Part shown: in pieces, positions 25,939-36,226 of the stretch | Numbering within the stretch: the first letter of the stretch is position 1 | How the letters are laid out: every line of letters starts with the position of its first letter | DNA from: Acidobacteriota bacterium | Lineage (GTDB): Bacteria; Acidobacteriota; CAIWXX01 | NCBI GenBank assembly: GCA_040755995.1 | Contig: JBFMAF010000042.1 | Span: 37,980 to 101,979, forward strand | Direction: 5' to 3' | DNA: 64,000 nucleotides | Made by a program: the position numbers and the translations under genes | Notes under the pieces: generated by a model | Database searches by the model: none | Told to the model about the DNA's origin: nothing | Seen by the model: the letters and a program-made list of their open reading frames with translations, nothing else

Positions 25939-27612
25939 TCACTCGAGCCGGCGCACGATCACCATCGTGCGGTCGTCGGCGAAGGGCACACCTTGGGCGA
26001 ATGCTTCCAGGTCGGCCTCCAGCGCACCAACCATGGCATCCAGCGGGTCGGAACGGTGAGCCACGGCCGCATTCAACAAACGACCCTGGCCGTATTCCTC
26101 GCCTTCGGCGCTGAGGGCCTCGGTGACTCCGTCGGTATACAGCACCAGGAGCTCGCCGGGTGCAAGCCCGATTTCCGCCGAAGCGTAGTCCCACTCAGGG
26201 AGCACCGCCAGCGGAATCCCCGTGGGCCCGAGCCATTCCGCGTCGCCCGAATGCCTGACCACCAGCGCCTGGCAGTGCCCGGCGTTGGCATAGGTAAGGG
26301 TACCAGATGCTACGTCAAGAGCCGCTATGAACGCGGTGACGTATTTCTCAGGAAGAGTGCGGCGAGCCAGCAGCCGGCAAACCCTGTTGCAGATCTCGTT
26401 GGGAGCCAGCCCTTCCTGAATCGGTCCCGCTGAGAGTGCTTCGAGCGAAGCCATCAACATCGCCGCCGCTATGCCCTTACCTGATACGTCGGCGACCCAT
26501 ACTACACATTCGCTTCCCTCCTTGCGCTCTACCACCTGGAAGTAGTCACCTGAGACGCCGCGGGACGGGAGGTTGCCGCCGTAGACCTCATAGCCCGGCA
26601 CCGGCGGCAGCTTCGCAGGCAGCAGCGCGAGCTGTATGCTCCGCGCCAGCGCCACCTCCTCCTGCAGCCGTCGCCGCTCCGCCGCCTCCTCCGCCAGCGC
26701 AACGTTGCGTATCCGCAGCGCGGCCACGGAGGCGAGCGACACGAGCAGCTCCATGTCCTCCTCCGTGAACTGTTTCACTGCGATCTTGGAGCTCAGAACG
26801 ATCATCCCGAGGGCGCCTTCGGAATCGAGCAGCGGAGCCGCGATGAGGCTTCGCACCCCTGCTGTCTGGATGCTGGCCGCGGCAGAGAACCGCTCGTCCA
26901 TCTGCACATCCAGCACCAGGGCCGCCATACCTTTCTCCACGACCTCACGAATCAGGCTGCGAGACGGATGACGATCTTGCTCCCGGGCGTCAACCGACCG
27001 GCTGGCGGCGCAATAGTATTCGTCTCCTGTAGCCTTCAGGAATATCGTGCCCTTCTCAGGCCGAAGATGGTCGAAGACACGATCGAGGATTAGACCGAGG
27101 AGCTCGTCCAGCGTGATCGGGCGCGCCAGGGCATGGTGGACCTCGTTCAGCAGGCTCAGGCGCTGGACGTACTTCCTGAGGGTTTCATCTTCTTCGCCCT
27201 TGAGGGCCGTTTCGGTGATCCGCCGCTCCATCAGGAGTTGCGTGGCTGGGCGGAACAGAGTTCCATCGAGATACTGCTCATCGCACGGCGGGGCCTCCGG
27301 CGCCTCCGCCTCCTCCGCCCGCAGCCGGATTGTGGTGGCACCCATTGCGATGACGTCGCCTGGAGCCACACGACTGCGTTCCTGGATACGTTTGCCGTGG
27401 ACGAAGGTGCCGTTGTGCGACTTGAGATCCTCCACGTACCAGGCCCCACCCTCGAGGAACAGTCTCGCATGCTCGCGCGAGAGCAGCGGATCCATGATCG
27501 AGAGCGCGGCCTTGGAAGAGCGCCCGATGATCAGCGACTCGCAGTCGACGACGCGATCGAAGGGGTCGGCCTCCGAAGGGGTCACTCTGAGAACGATCTG
27601 CGCCAACGCCAT
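25939..27612 (-). CDS. FHA-GAF-SpoIIE (PP2C-type) Ser/Thr phosphatase
   Basis: FHA (IGRS...SREHA...DLKSHNGT), GAF domain, PP2C motifs VSGDY, ADVSGKG, YTDGVTEA and DDRT. Confidence 0.92.
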   Translation of the reverse strand: MALAQIVLRVTPSEADPFDRVVDCESLIIGRSSKAALSIMDPLLSREHARLFLEGGAWYVEDLKSHNGTFVHGKRIQERSRVAPGDVIAMGATTIRLRAEEAEAPEAPPCDEQYLDGTLFRPATQLLMERRITETALKGEEDETLRKYVQRLSLLNEVHHALARPITLDELLGLILDRVFDHLRPEKGTIFLKATGDEYYCAASRSVDAREQDRHPSRSLIREVVEKGMAALVLDVQMDERFSAAASIQTAGVRSLIAAPLLDSEGALGMIVLSSKIAVKQFTEEDMELLVSLASVAALRIRNVALAEEAAERRRLQEEVALARSIQLALLPAKLPPVPGYEVYGGNLPSRGVSGDYFQVVERKEGSECVVWVADVSGKGIAAAMLMASLEALSAGPIQEGLAPNEICNRVCRLLARRTLPEKYVTAFIAALDVASGTLTYANAGHCQALVVRHSGDAEWLGPTGIPLAVLPEWDYASAEIGLAPGELLVLYTDGVTEALSAEGEEYGQGRLLNAAVAHRSDPLDAMVGALEADLEAFAQGVPFADDRTMVIVRRLE

Positions 27613-27705
27613 CCTACGAGTAGACTACCACCGAAGCCGGCGGATTCCAAGATCGACTCGACGTCGCGAGAAGGCCCGCCGCACAGGCTCGGTGGTTCGC
27701 CAACA

Positions 27706-27737
27706 CGCCGGCTCGCCGGCTTGCCGGCTTGCCGGCT
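27706..27737. repeat. Tandem octamer (YGCCGGCT)x4
   Basis: cgccggct cgccggct tgccggct tgccggct in the divergent intergenic region. Confidence 0.7.
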
Positions 27738-27746
27738 TCGCGCAGC

Positions 27747-27775
27747 TTGACTTCGCCCTGTCGCATGCCTAGACT
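27747..27775 (+). promoter_or_regulatory. Sigma70-type promoter, probably leaderless
   Basis: TTGACT-17 bp-TAGACT, 6 nt before the kinase ATG. Confidence 0.6.
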
Positions 27776-27781
27776 CGCGCA

Positions 27782-30700
27782 ATGCACGACTCGAACCGCC
27801 CGAAGCGTGCGAGCGACGGCATCGCCGGCGAGCCCGTGGCGGTCACGCCGGAGTGCCCCGGCCGGTACCTGATCGAAGCCGGCGCGCGGGAAACGGCCGA
27901 GATCGGTCGAGGTGGGATCGGCCGGGTTCTTGTCGCGCGTGACACGCACCTCGGGCGTGATGTGGCCGTCAAGGAGCTTCTACAGGGCGCCGGTCCGGAT
28001 GCCGTCGCCAACGTCATCTCGGGGTCGACCTGGACCGAGGACTCGGCCGATGCGGTGAGATTCCTGCGCGAGGCACGCGTCACCGGGCAGCTCGAACACC
28101 CAAACATCGTGCCGGTATACGAGTTGGGCATGAGGGCCGATGGAACGCTCTATTACACAATGAAGCTCGTCCGCGGCCGGACCATGGCACACGCGCTGCG
28201 CGAATGCGCGACGCTCGACCAGCGCTTGCGCCTGCTGTCTCATTTTGCCGACCTCTGCCATGCCATCGCCTACGCGCACTCGCGCGGCGTCATCCATCGC
28301 GACATCAAGGCGGAAAACGTGATGCTGGGCGAGTTCGGGGAAACCGTGGTTCTCGACTGGGGACTCGCCAAGGTCCGGGGACAAAGGGACATCCGGGGTC
28401 ACGAGATCGCCCGCGACGGGCGCCTCTGGCAGGATGCCATGGCCGGGCTGACGGTGAACGGCAGCATACTGGGCACGCCGCACCACATGAGCCCCGAGCA
28501 GGCCCGGGGCGAGCTGGAGATGATCGACGAGCGATCCGACGTGTGGGCCCTGGGCACGGTTCTCTACGAAATGCTCACCGGGCGGCGGGTCTTCGAGGGC
28601 GAGACGCACGCCCAGGTTATTCAGAAAGTCTTGAATGATCGCGTCACTCCGCCCCGCCGCATCGAACCGGGCGTTCCACCCGAGCTGGAGTCGGTCTGCA
28701 TGTGGGCGCTCCATCGCGACCCCTCGCTTCGATACGCCGACGCGCGTGAGCTGGCCGCGGAGATTGAGGCGTTTCAGAGTGGAGCCAGGGTGGCGGCGCA
28801 CGAGTACACGTCGTGGGATCATTTCCGGCGATTCGCAGCGAAGCACAGGCCGATGATCGTTGCTGCGGCCGCCACGCTGCTCGCGATGATCATCGCGCTG
28901 GTCTTCATGACCGCTTCCTACACGCGCGAACGCGCGGCGCTGGCGAAGGAGCGGCGGGAGCACCTGCTTGCCAACTATCACATCGCTCAGGGTGTGAACG
29001 AGCGGGCCGGGCAGCTCATGGAAACCCACGGGTACCTCGGAGCGCGCGTGTTTGCGGCCGCCTCGCTGCTACACAACCCGGCATGCTTGCAGAGCCCCTT
29101 TTTCGATCCGGACTTCCGCGCGTCTGTCCCGGATGCCTGCCGTCTGGAAATCGACGCGGCGAGCAGGATGTATCAGGCCGGAGAGAGCGCCATGGTCGCT
29201 CTTGATCGAGTCCTGGCCGCAAACGAGGCGCTACTGGGGCTCGATATCTCGCCTGATCAGAAGCGAGTGGCCGGAGCAGGCGCTGATGGCGCCGCCTTCG
29301 TCTGGAATGCTGCCACGGGCCAGCCAGTCCTGACGCTGCGAGGGCATAGTGGAGCCGTGCGAGCGGTGGCCTTCTGGCCGGCCGGGGACCAGATTGCCAC
29401 CGCCGGTCGCGATGGGACTGCCGTGATCTGGGACGCCCTGACCGGATCTCTTCTGTCCAGGCACGCATGCGGGCTGGGGGAGCTCTACGACATCGAGTAC
29501 TCTCCGGACGGCCAAGTCCTGATCGTCGCCGGTCACGACAAAGGGGTGCTGCTATGGGATTGGCGTGCCGAGAAGCCACTCGGTCTGCTCTCTGGTCACG
29601 AGGCCCCGGTGCACCGGCTGGCAGTGGCTGGGAACGGATCTCTGTTGGCGACGGCAAGCCGCGATCGAACGGTGCGGCTCTGGCAGCTGCCGTCCGGCAG
29701 GCTGATGGGCGTGTTGGAGGGACATCGCGGCGTCGTGCGTGGCGTCGCGGTTTCGAACGACGGCACGAAGGTGGCCTCCGCGAGCTACGACAAGACTATC
29801 AAGGTGTGGAACGCGGCCACCGGCGAGTGCCTTTTCACCGGAGAAGGATTCCACGACGAAGTCCTGGCAGTAGCGTTTTCGCCTGACGGCCGCAGGGTTG
29901 CAGCAGCGTGTTGGGACAGGACCGTGACGCTCTGGGATGTGGCCTCGGGAGCGTTATTGATCCGTGTGGATGCCCATGACGCTCCCGCCTGGGATGTGGC
30001 CTTCGCGCGCGACGGTCGCTACCTCGCCAGCGTCGGCGAGGACCGGCGTCTGAGGATCTGGAAGGAATCGGCCGCGCCAGTCGTGCTGGCTGCCCAAGGT
30101 CAGGGCTACCTGTGGAGCCTTCGATTCTCGCCAGACGGCAGCGAGATTGGGACGTGCGGCGGAGACGGGAGCATCCGAGTCTACTCCGCCCGCAATGGCA
30201 GCCTCATTTCCACAATGCCCGGTCATCACGATCTTGTCTATGATATCGCCTATTCGGCGGACGGGTCGTTGCTCGGGTCAGCCGGCTACGACCGCACAGT
30301 GCGCATCTGGAACATGCGCACGCGCAACACTCTACGCGTGCTGGCGGGGCACGAGGGATTCGTAAGGTGCGTGGCGTTTGCTCCCGACGGCGGCAGGGTC
30401 GTCTCATCCAGCCAGGACGGAAATGCTATCGTGTGGGATGTCCGCAGCGGAGACCGCGTAATGCAGCTTCGCGCAGATGACGGCCCGGTGCGCCGGGTCG
30501 CATTCTCTCCCGACGGCAAGCTCATTGCCACGGCGCATGAACAGAAGTGCATTCGCTTGTGGGATGCGCAGACCGGCGGTCTTGTGGCGAGGTGGCCTGC
30601 CGGCAACACTATGGTTACGAGCGTTGCTTTTTCTCACGACGGCACTCGACTGGTCAGCACGAATTGGGATGGAGCCGCCGTCGTCTGGGACGTGAAACGA

Positions 30701-31054
30701 CGGCGGCCTTCGAGAACATTCGTGTGGCACGCGGAAGGGCTGTTCAGGGCCATGTTCTCTCCGGACGATCGCCTGCTTGCCACCGCCGGTGACGACCGCA
30801 CGGTCGGACTCTGGCGGGTGGATAGGGACGCGCCCAGCCTGCTGCTTCGAGCCTCGCAGAGCGTCATGGCGCTCGATTTCTCGCCCGACGGAAAGAGGCT
30901 GGCGTGGGGTGACGGTGCCACCGGCCGGATCTATCCCATAGACCTGAGCCTCCTGGAGGCCGACCCCAGCCGGATCATGGAAAAGGCCGAACGGGCGGCC
31001 GGGGCCCGGATGGACGGGTTCGAGCTGAGGCTTCTGGGGGAGGTGCGGCGCTGA
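27782..31054 (+). CDS. Hanks-type Ser/Thr kinase with hydrophobic helix and 14 WD40 repeats
   Basis: IGRGGIG, VAVK, HRDIKAEN, DWGLAK and GTPHHMSPEQ motifs; 14 WD40-like repeats counted by eye. Confidence 0.93.
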   Translation: MHDSNRPKRASDGIAGEPVAVTPECPGRYLIEAGARETAEIGRGGIGRVLVARDTHLGRDVAVKELLQGAGPDAVANVISGSTWTEDSADAVRFLREARVTGQLEHPNIVPVYELGMRADGTLYYTMKLVRGRTMAHALRECATLDQRLRLLSHFADLCHAIAYAHSRGVIHRDIKAENVMLGEFGETVVLDWGLAKVRGQRDIRGHEIARDGRLWQDAMAGLTVNGSILGTPHHMSPEQARGELEMIDERSDVWALGTVLYEMLTGRRVFEGETHAQVIQKVLNDRVTPPRRIEPGVPPELESVCMWALHRDPSLRYADARELAAEIEAFQSGARVAAHEYTSWDHFRRFAAKHRPMIVAAAATLLAMIIALVFMTASYTRERAALAKERREHLLANYHIAQGVNERAGQLMETHGYLGARVFAAASLLHNPACLQSPFFDPDFRASVPDACRLEIDAASRMYQAGESAMVALDRVLAANEALLGLDISPDQKRVAGAGADGAAFVWNAATGQPVLTLRGHSGAVRAVAFWPAGDQIATAGRDGTAVIWDALTGSLLSRHACGLGELYDIEYSPDGQVLIVAGHDKGVLLWDWRAEKPLGLLSGHEAPVHRLAVAGNGSLLATASRDRTVRLWQLPSGRLMGVLEGHRGVVRGVAVSNDGTKVASASYDKTIKVWNAATGECLFTGEGFHDEVLAVAFSPDGRRVAAACWDRTVTLWDVASGALLIRVDAHDAPAWDVAFARDGRYLASVGEDRRLRIWKESAAPVVLAAQGQGYLWSLRFSPDGSEIGTCGGDGSIRVYSARNGSLISTMPGHHDLVYDIAYSADGSLLGSAGYDRTVRIWNMRTRNTLRVLAGHEGFVRCVAFAPDGGRVVSSSQDGNAIVWDVRSGDRVMQLRADDGPVRRVAFSPDGKLIATAHEQKCIRLWDAQTGGLVARWPAGNTMVTSVAFSHDGTRLVSTNWDGAAVVWDVKRRRPSRTFVWHAEGLFRAMFSPDDRLLATAGDDRTVGLWRVDRDAPSLLLRASQSVMALDFSPDGKRLAWGDGATGRIYPIDLSLLEADPSRIMEKAERAAGARMDGFELRLLGEVRR

Positions 31055-31104
31055 GGGCAGGCACAGGGGCCCGGGACAGGGCAGGCACGGGGGCCTGCCC
31101 CTAC
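31055..31104 (-). repeat. GTAG-type REP element (one full, one partial copy)
   Basis: Minus strand GTAG-GGGCAGGC-ccccgt-GCCTGCCC at 31079-31104 plus a second partial copy at 31055-31071. Confidence 0.7.
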
Positions 31105-31140
31105 CTTTGAATGTGACGCCGGTCGTGATATCGTAGGCTC

Positions 31141-33369
31141 GTGAACAGCGGCGCAGAGAGGGACGCGCGTCCGGGACTCACCGACCTGCTCGAGAGGCTG
31201 CGCGAGATGCTGCCGCCGAGCACGGGGAATGCCGGTCTGGCGACCAGGCTCGAGGAGATCGGGCGGGAATGCGAGGAGTTGGAGCACCAGTTGCTCCGGC
31301 TCAAGCGCGAGAACAACCTGCTGCGGGAGAATCTCTCAGATTCGGACCAACGCCTGCACCAGAAGCTCGAAGAGATATCACTGCTCCGGCTGATCGCCGA
31401 CCTGGAGACAATGGTACTGGGCGCGGCGGATCCATACGACGCGATTCTGACTCAGGTAGTGCACCTGACCGGTGCAGAAAACGGCTCGGTCATGCTCCTC
31501 GATCGATCCACCGGACGGCTCCTGCTCAAGTGTGCCGGCGGCGTGCGCAGGCTGTATCGCGACAAGCCGCTGACGTTCCGCATCGGTGAGGGCATCGCCG
31601 GCCGGGTGACATCCACCGGACAGGCAATGCGAATCGACGATGTAACCCTCGACAGCTCCTTCGTCCCGATGGATGCCGGTGGCCCGACCGTCAGATCGCT
31701 TTTCTGCCTGCCCCTGATCGTCGAGGATGAAGTGCTGGGAGTTATCAACGTGTCGCACTCCAGGCCGCACGCCTTCACCGAGAGCACCGAAAGGACCATG
31801 CACATCGCCAGCCGATACCTCGCGATGGCGCTCAGGAGCGCGGACCTGCTGGAGAAACAACGGATCCATGTGCGGTTGATCGAGGCATCCGAGAACCGCT
31901 ACCGGACGCTCGTTGAGAGTGTGAACGACGGCTTCTTTGCAATGGACGCCGGCGGGCGTACACGCCTGGTCAACGCGCAGTTCTGCCGGCTCGTGGGATA
32001 CTCCAAGGAGGAGGTCTACGGCCTGGATGACTGGCGGCCTCTCGTTCACCAGGCGGAGTGGCAGAAGGTCTCGTCGATCCTCGATGCGTACAAGCGGGAC
32101 GAAGTCGATGGCTCCACCGACCTCCAACACAGCTTCGAATTCACGATGGTGACCAAGCAGAAACGGGAAATCGCAGTGCACCTGCACTGCCGGTCTGCGG
32201 TGCTGGAGTTCGGTCGTGCCTGCATCGGCGTCGTCCGCGACATGACCGAGTATCGCACGATGCAGAGCCAGCAGCTCCAATCGGAGAAGCTCGCCAGCCT
32301 CGGTACGCTCCTCACGGGCATCACCCACGAGCTGAACAACAAGCTGACGCCGATCCTGGGCTACTCGCAACTCCTCCGGGATGCCGGGCTGGGGTCGAAG
32401 CAGGATGCGCACGTCAAGGCGATCGAGAAGTGCGCCACCGGCGCCAAGGCCATCGTGGATTCGCTGCTTGGTTTCACCCGCCGCTCGTCGCTCACGCGCG
32501 AAGCCGTGAACGTCGCCGACCTGATTCGCGAGGTGCTCGTGCTCGCCCGGCCGTCTCTCGAACACTGCCACGTGCAGGTCGAACCTTGCCTTGCCGACAG
32601 GCTGCCGCCGGTTCTCGGATCTCCGCACCAGCTCGAGCAGGTCTTGATGAACATCGTCAACAACGCGATCCAGGCAATGGAACCGCAGGGAGGCGGTATC
32701 CTGACGATCACCTGCGGGTTCACGCCCGAGACGGTCTGGGCCAGCATCTCCGACACCGGTCCCGGTATTGCGGCGCATGTTCTTCCGCGCATCTTCGATC
32801 CCTTCTTCAGTACGAAGGGCGACAGGAAGGGGACAGGCCTGGGACTGAGCGTGAGTTATGGAATCGTGAAGGCGCACGGCGGTGAGCTGCGCGTGCAGAC
32901 CACACCGGGAATGGGCGCGCGGTTCACGATCGAGCTGCCGGCGATGGAAGTGCTGGAGGAGCCGCCGGGGAGCGCGCCGGCCCCGCCGGCGCGAGAGACT
33001 GCTGCGGTGCGGCGAAGGATCCTGGTGGTGGATGACGAGGACCTGATCGGCGAGCTCATCCAGGAGATGTTGCCCGAGCATGACGTCGAGGTCGCGCTTG
33101 ACGGGTCGGCCGCACAACAGGTGCTGGCAGGCCGGCAGTTCGATCTGGTCTTTCTCGACCTCCGGATGCCCGTTGTCGACGGGCCGACGCTTTACCGCTG
33201 GATGGCCGGGCAGTCACCGGCCAACGATTCCCGCGTGATCTTCACCACAGGAGATACCTACGACCCGGACCTCGAGCAGTTCCTGAGGCAGACGGGACGG
33301 GCGTGCCTGATCAAGCCGTTCACGATGGAAGAGCTGCGTTCGGCCGTATCCGAGTGCTTGCGCGGATGA
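31141..33369 (+). CDS. Cytoplasmic hybrid histidine kinase (coiled coil-GAF-PAS-HisKA-HATPase-REC)
   Basis: THELNNKL, DTGPGI, FFSTK...GTGLGL; C-terminal LVVDDE...FLDLRMP...IKP. Confidence 0.92.
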   Translation: MNSGAERDARPGLTDLLERLREMLPPSTGNAGLATRLEEIGRECEELEHQLLRLKRENNLLRENLSDSDQRLHQKLEEISLLRLIADLETMVLGAADPYDAILTQVVHLTGAENGSVMLLDRSTGRLLLKCAGGVRRLYRDKPLTFRIGEGIAGRVTSTGQAMRIDDVTLDSSFVPMDAGGPTVRSLFCLPLIVEDEVLGVINVSHSRPHAFTESTERTMHIASRYLAMALRSADLLEKQRIHVRLIEASENRYRTLVESVNDGFFAMDAGGRTRLVNAQFCRLVGYSKEEVYGLDDWRPLVHQAEWQKVSSILDAYKRDEVDGSTDLQHSFEFTMVTKQKREIAVHLHCRSAVLEFGRACIGVVRDMTEYRTMQSQQLQSEKLASLGTLLTGITHELNNKLTPILGYSQLLRDAGLGSKQDAHVKAIEKCATGAKAIVDSLLGFTRRSSLTREAVNVADLIREVLVLARPSLEHCHVQVEPCLADRLPPVLGSPHQLEQVLMNIVNNAIQAMEPQGGGILTITCGFTPETVWASISDTGPGIAAHVLPRIFDPFFSTKGDRKGTGLGLSVSYGIVKAHGGELRVQTTPGMGARFTIELPAMEVLEEPPGSAPAPPARETAAVRRRILVVDDEDLIGELIQEMLPEHDVEVALDGSAAQQVLAGRQFDLVFLDLRMPVVDGPTLYRWMAGQSPANDSRVIFTTGDTYDPDLEQFLRQTGRACLIKPFTMEELRSAVSECLRG

Positions 33370-33376
33370 GGTACAT

Positions 33377-34891
33377 ATGAATCCACCGACATCGAAGTCC
33401 CACAAAGAGATCCTCCGCTCAATCATGGGTCGCTACCCGCTCACCTACATCATCTCGTGGGAGGAGGACCGTGTGGAGAAGACGCTGCGCGAGGTCGCTG
33501 CGTCCATCCCCAGCCAGAATTTTCGATACCTGTCCTGGACGCTGACAGAGGGCATCACAGAAGATGGCGCGATAGTAGCTGACGTGCGGGATCCCGTCGC
33601 GGTGCTGGATACGATCGTTCAGAGCCAGGAGCCGGCATTCTATGTTCTCAAGGATTTCCACCCCTTCCTGAAGGAACGGCCGGATGTGGTCCGCAGAGTC
33701 CGCGACGTCTACTATGCTCTTCGCAACAAGCCTCGATTCGTGTTCATGCTTTCCCCGGTGCTGATACTGCCGACGGATGTCAAGAAGGAAGTCCAGGTAG
33801 TCGACTTCGAACTGCCCAGTTATTCGGACCTCGAAGCGCTCTTCGACTCCTTCGGGCGCGCCTTCGAGAAACGCGGCGCCTCAGTGGAGATCGCGGAAGA
33901 CGACAAGCGGCGCTTCATCATCGCACTGCAGGGGCTGACGATGAACGAAGCCACACATGCGATGACGAAGCTGCTGAGCGGCAAGAAGGTGCTCGACCCG
34001 GCGCTTGCCGATGTCCTGCACGAAGAGAAACGCCAGATCACGCTGAAGGAGGGCATCCTGGAGTACATTCCGCATGTCGTGGGCATGGACGACATCGGGG
34101 GACTCGACACCCTCAAGGACTGGCTCAACCGGCGCATGGATGCACTGAGCGACGAGGCACGCGCGTTCGGGCTGGACGCGCCCCGCGGAGTGCTGGTCAT
34201 GGGAGTCACCGGGTGCGGCAAGAGCCTCAGCGTCAAGGCGATCGCCAACCTCTGGAACCTGCCTCTGTTCCGTCTCGACATGAACAACCTCTACGCGGGC
34301 ATCGCGGGACCTCCAGAGGAGGTCTTCCAGCGCGCACTCAAGATCATGGACAGCGTGTCTCCAGCCATCCTCTGGATCGACGAGATCGAAAGTGGAATCT
34401 CGGACAAGACCGGCGAGGGCGCCGCGTCGCGTATCCTGGGATTCTTCCTGACGTGGATGCAGGAGCACCAGTCGACGGTGTTCGTCGCCGCCACCGCCAA
34501 TCGCATAGACCTCATCCCGGCCGAGGTGCTGCGGAGAGGACGCTTCGACCAGATCTTCTTCATCGATCTCCCGACACCGGAAGAACGCGAGCAGATCTTC
34601 AACGTTCACCTGCGTAGGGCGAAGGAATCGGAACCGCTCTCGAAGTTCCACCTCGGGCAACTGTCGAAGGCCACCAGAGGCTGGAGCGGAGCCGAGATCG
34701 AACAGGCGGTGATCTCGGCGATGTACGACGCCTTCGCCGAAAAACGGCCGCTGCAGGCCGATGACCTGTACCGCGCGATCAGCCGGACAGTCCCGCTGGC
34801 CACCACCATGTCCGAACAGATCAAGAAGCTGCGCAGCTGGGCTCACGACCGCGCCGTCCGCGCCTCCCCAGCCCCAGCCACTCCCGAATAG
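33377..34891 (+). CDS. AAA+ ATPase, Ycf46-like
   Basis: VLKDFH N-domain, DIGGLDTLKDWL, Walker A GVTGCGKS, Walker B LWIDEIE, RRGRFDQIFF, C-terminal WAHDRAVRAS. Confidence 0.88.
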   Translation: MNPPTSKSHKEILRSIMGRYPLTYIISWEEDRVEKTLREVAASIPSQNFRYLSWTLTEGITEDGAIVADVRDPVAVLDTIVQSQEPAFYVLKDFHPFLKERPDVVRRVRDVYYALRNKPRFVFMLSPVLILPTDVKKEVQVVDFELPSYSDLEALFDSFGRAFEKRGASVEIAEDDKRRFIIALQGLTMNEATHAMTKLLSGKKVLDPALADVLHEEKRQITLKEGILEYIPHVVGMDDIGGLDTLKDWLNRRMDALSDEARAFGLDAPRGVLVMGVTGCGKSLSVKAIANLWNLPLFRLDMNNLYAGIAGPPEEVFQRALKIMDSVSPAILWIDEIESGISDKTGEGAASRILGFFLTWMQEHQSTVFVAATANRIDLIPAEVLRRGRFDQIFFIDLPTPEEREQIFNVHLRRAKESEPLSKFHLGQLSKATRGWSGAEIEQAVISAMYDAFAEKRPLQADDLYRAISRTVPLATTMSEQIKKLRSWAHDRAVRASPAPATPE

Positions 34892-34902
34892 CACCGCCGG
34901 CG

Positions 34903-36042
34903 TTGCGCTTCGTCTTCCTCTTCCCCCGGTTCAAGCTGCTCTCCGGCGCGGAGCGCCTAATCGTGCGCCTGGCGGAGCACACGATCAAGATGGGGCATAC
35001 GGTCACCATTCTGTGCCACACGATGGATCCCACCTGCCGCACGCTCGCTGAGGATGCCAAGGTTCCCGTCGTAGAGACCGGGAAGACGCTGGATCGGTGG
35101 AAGAACCGATACCTCAATGCCACGTTGGACTATTTCTCGGCTGCTTCGCTCGCGTCCCGATTGAGCGACGGCGATGCAGTCTGCGTGTTCTTCGGCGCGG
35201 CCCTGCCGGGCCTTGCGTGGCTGCGAAAGGTGCGGCGCCGGCCGAACCGCTGCCTCTACTTCTGCTACGAGCCGCCCCGTTTCATCTACCGCGACCGCGA
35301 CGAGATTCTCGCCCGGCTGGGCGTGAGCGCGCTTGTCATGTCTCCGGGATTCACCGTCTACCGGTGGCTGGACCGATGGTTCACCCGTGCCGCGGACCGT
35401 GTGCTGACGCAAGGCGAATTCGGCCGCTCGGAGATCGAGCGGGTCTACGGTCTGCCTTCGACGGTTATCCCTCACGGCCCGGAGATGCCCTTCATGGAGC
35501 GTCCGGCTTGGGACGGCATGACCGTCCTGACGGTGAACTACTTGCACCCCCGAAAGCGGATCGATCTGTTCATCCGCACGATCGCGGCCCTTGCCGCGCG
35601 TGGGTGTGATGCCAGAGCCGTGATAGTGGGCGACGGACCGGAGCGCGTGGAGCTAGTTCGGCTCGCGAACGATCTCAGTATCGCGGATCGAGTGCGATTC
35701 GCAGGGTTCGTGGCGGACTCGGATCTTGCCCGTGAGTACGCGAACGCAGATGCCTACCTTCACACCGCGAGACTCGAAAGCTTCGGGCTTTCGGTGCTTG
35801 ACGCTCTATCGAGCGGCCTACCGGTGGTGAGTGTAGAGGAGGGCGGTCCTGCTGAGATGATCGAAGATGGTGTTACCGGATTCCTTGCGCCGGCCGCGCC
35901 GGAGGCGCTGGCGGCAAAGTTGGCGAATATCAGTGCGGATCCGGTACGTACGCGGCGGATCGGTGTCGAGGCGTCACGACGCGTCGCAGGCAGATACAGC
36001 TGGGCGGCCGGGGCCGCGGCCCTCATCGAAGCGGCTCGCTGA
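34903..36042 (+). CDS. Glycosyltransferase family 4 (GT-B)
   Basis: SGAER, PRKRID and ESFGLSVLDALSSGLPVV motifs. Confidence 0.88.
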   Translation: MRFVFLFPRFKLLSGAERLIVRLAEHTIKMGHTVTILCHTMDPTCRTLAEDAKVPVVETGKTLDRWKNRYLNATLDYFSAASLASRLSDGDAVCVFFGAALPGLAWLRKVRRRPNRCLYFCYEPPRFIYRDRDEILARLGVSALVMSPGFTVYRWLDRWFTRAADRVLTQGEFGRSEIERVYGLPSTVIPHGPEMPFMERPAWDGMTVLTVNYLHPRKRIDLFIRTIAALAARGCDARAVIVGDGPERVELVRLANDLSIADRVRFAGFVADSDLAREYANADAYLHTARLESFGLSVLDALSSGLPVVSVEEGGPAEMIEDGVTGFLAPAAPEALAAKLANISADPVRTRRIGVEASRRVAGRYSWAAGAAALIEAAR

Positions 36043-36116
36043 GAGAGTGACCCCCGCTTCGCGAAGCTGAACCGTCGCACCGCCCGTCCGGCGGGTCGGA
36101 TACATCACGGAGACAA

Positions 36117-36201
36117 CCGGCGTCCCAGGCGGGATGCCGGCTGCCACCCGGGGCGTGGCGGGCGCACAGGGCCTCTCGCCGAGGAACCCCCGTGCGCCCG
36201 C
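36117..36201. terminator. Two GC-rich hairpins between convergent genes
   Basis: CCGGCGTCCC-aggc-GGGATGCCGG and GCGGGCGCAC...GTGCGCCCGC. Confidence 0.4.
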
Positions 36202-36226
36202 TGCAAGTCGCCGTAGTTCCCTGGTC

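Noticed and set aside
29200..30940. WD40 (and FG-GAP at 4845-5924) repeats as a CRISPR or DNA repeat array
   Set aside because: The repeats are degenerate protein-level repeats with no identical nucleotide repeat-spacer structure.
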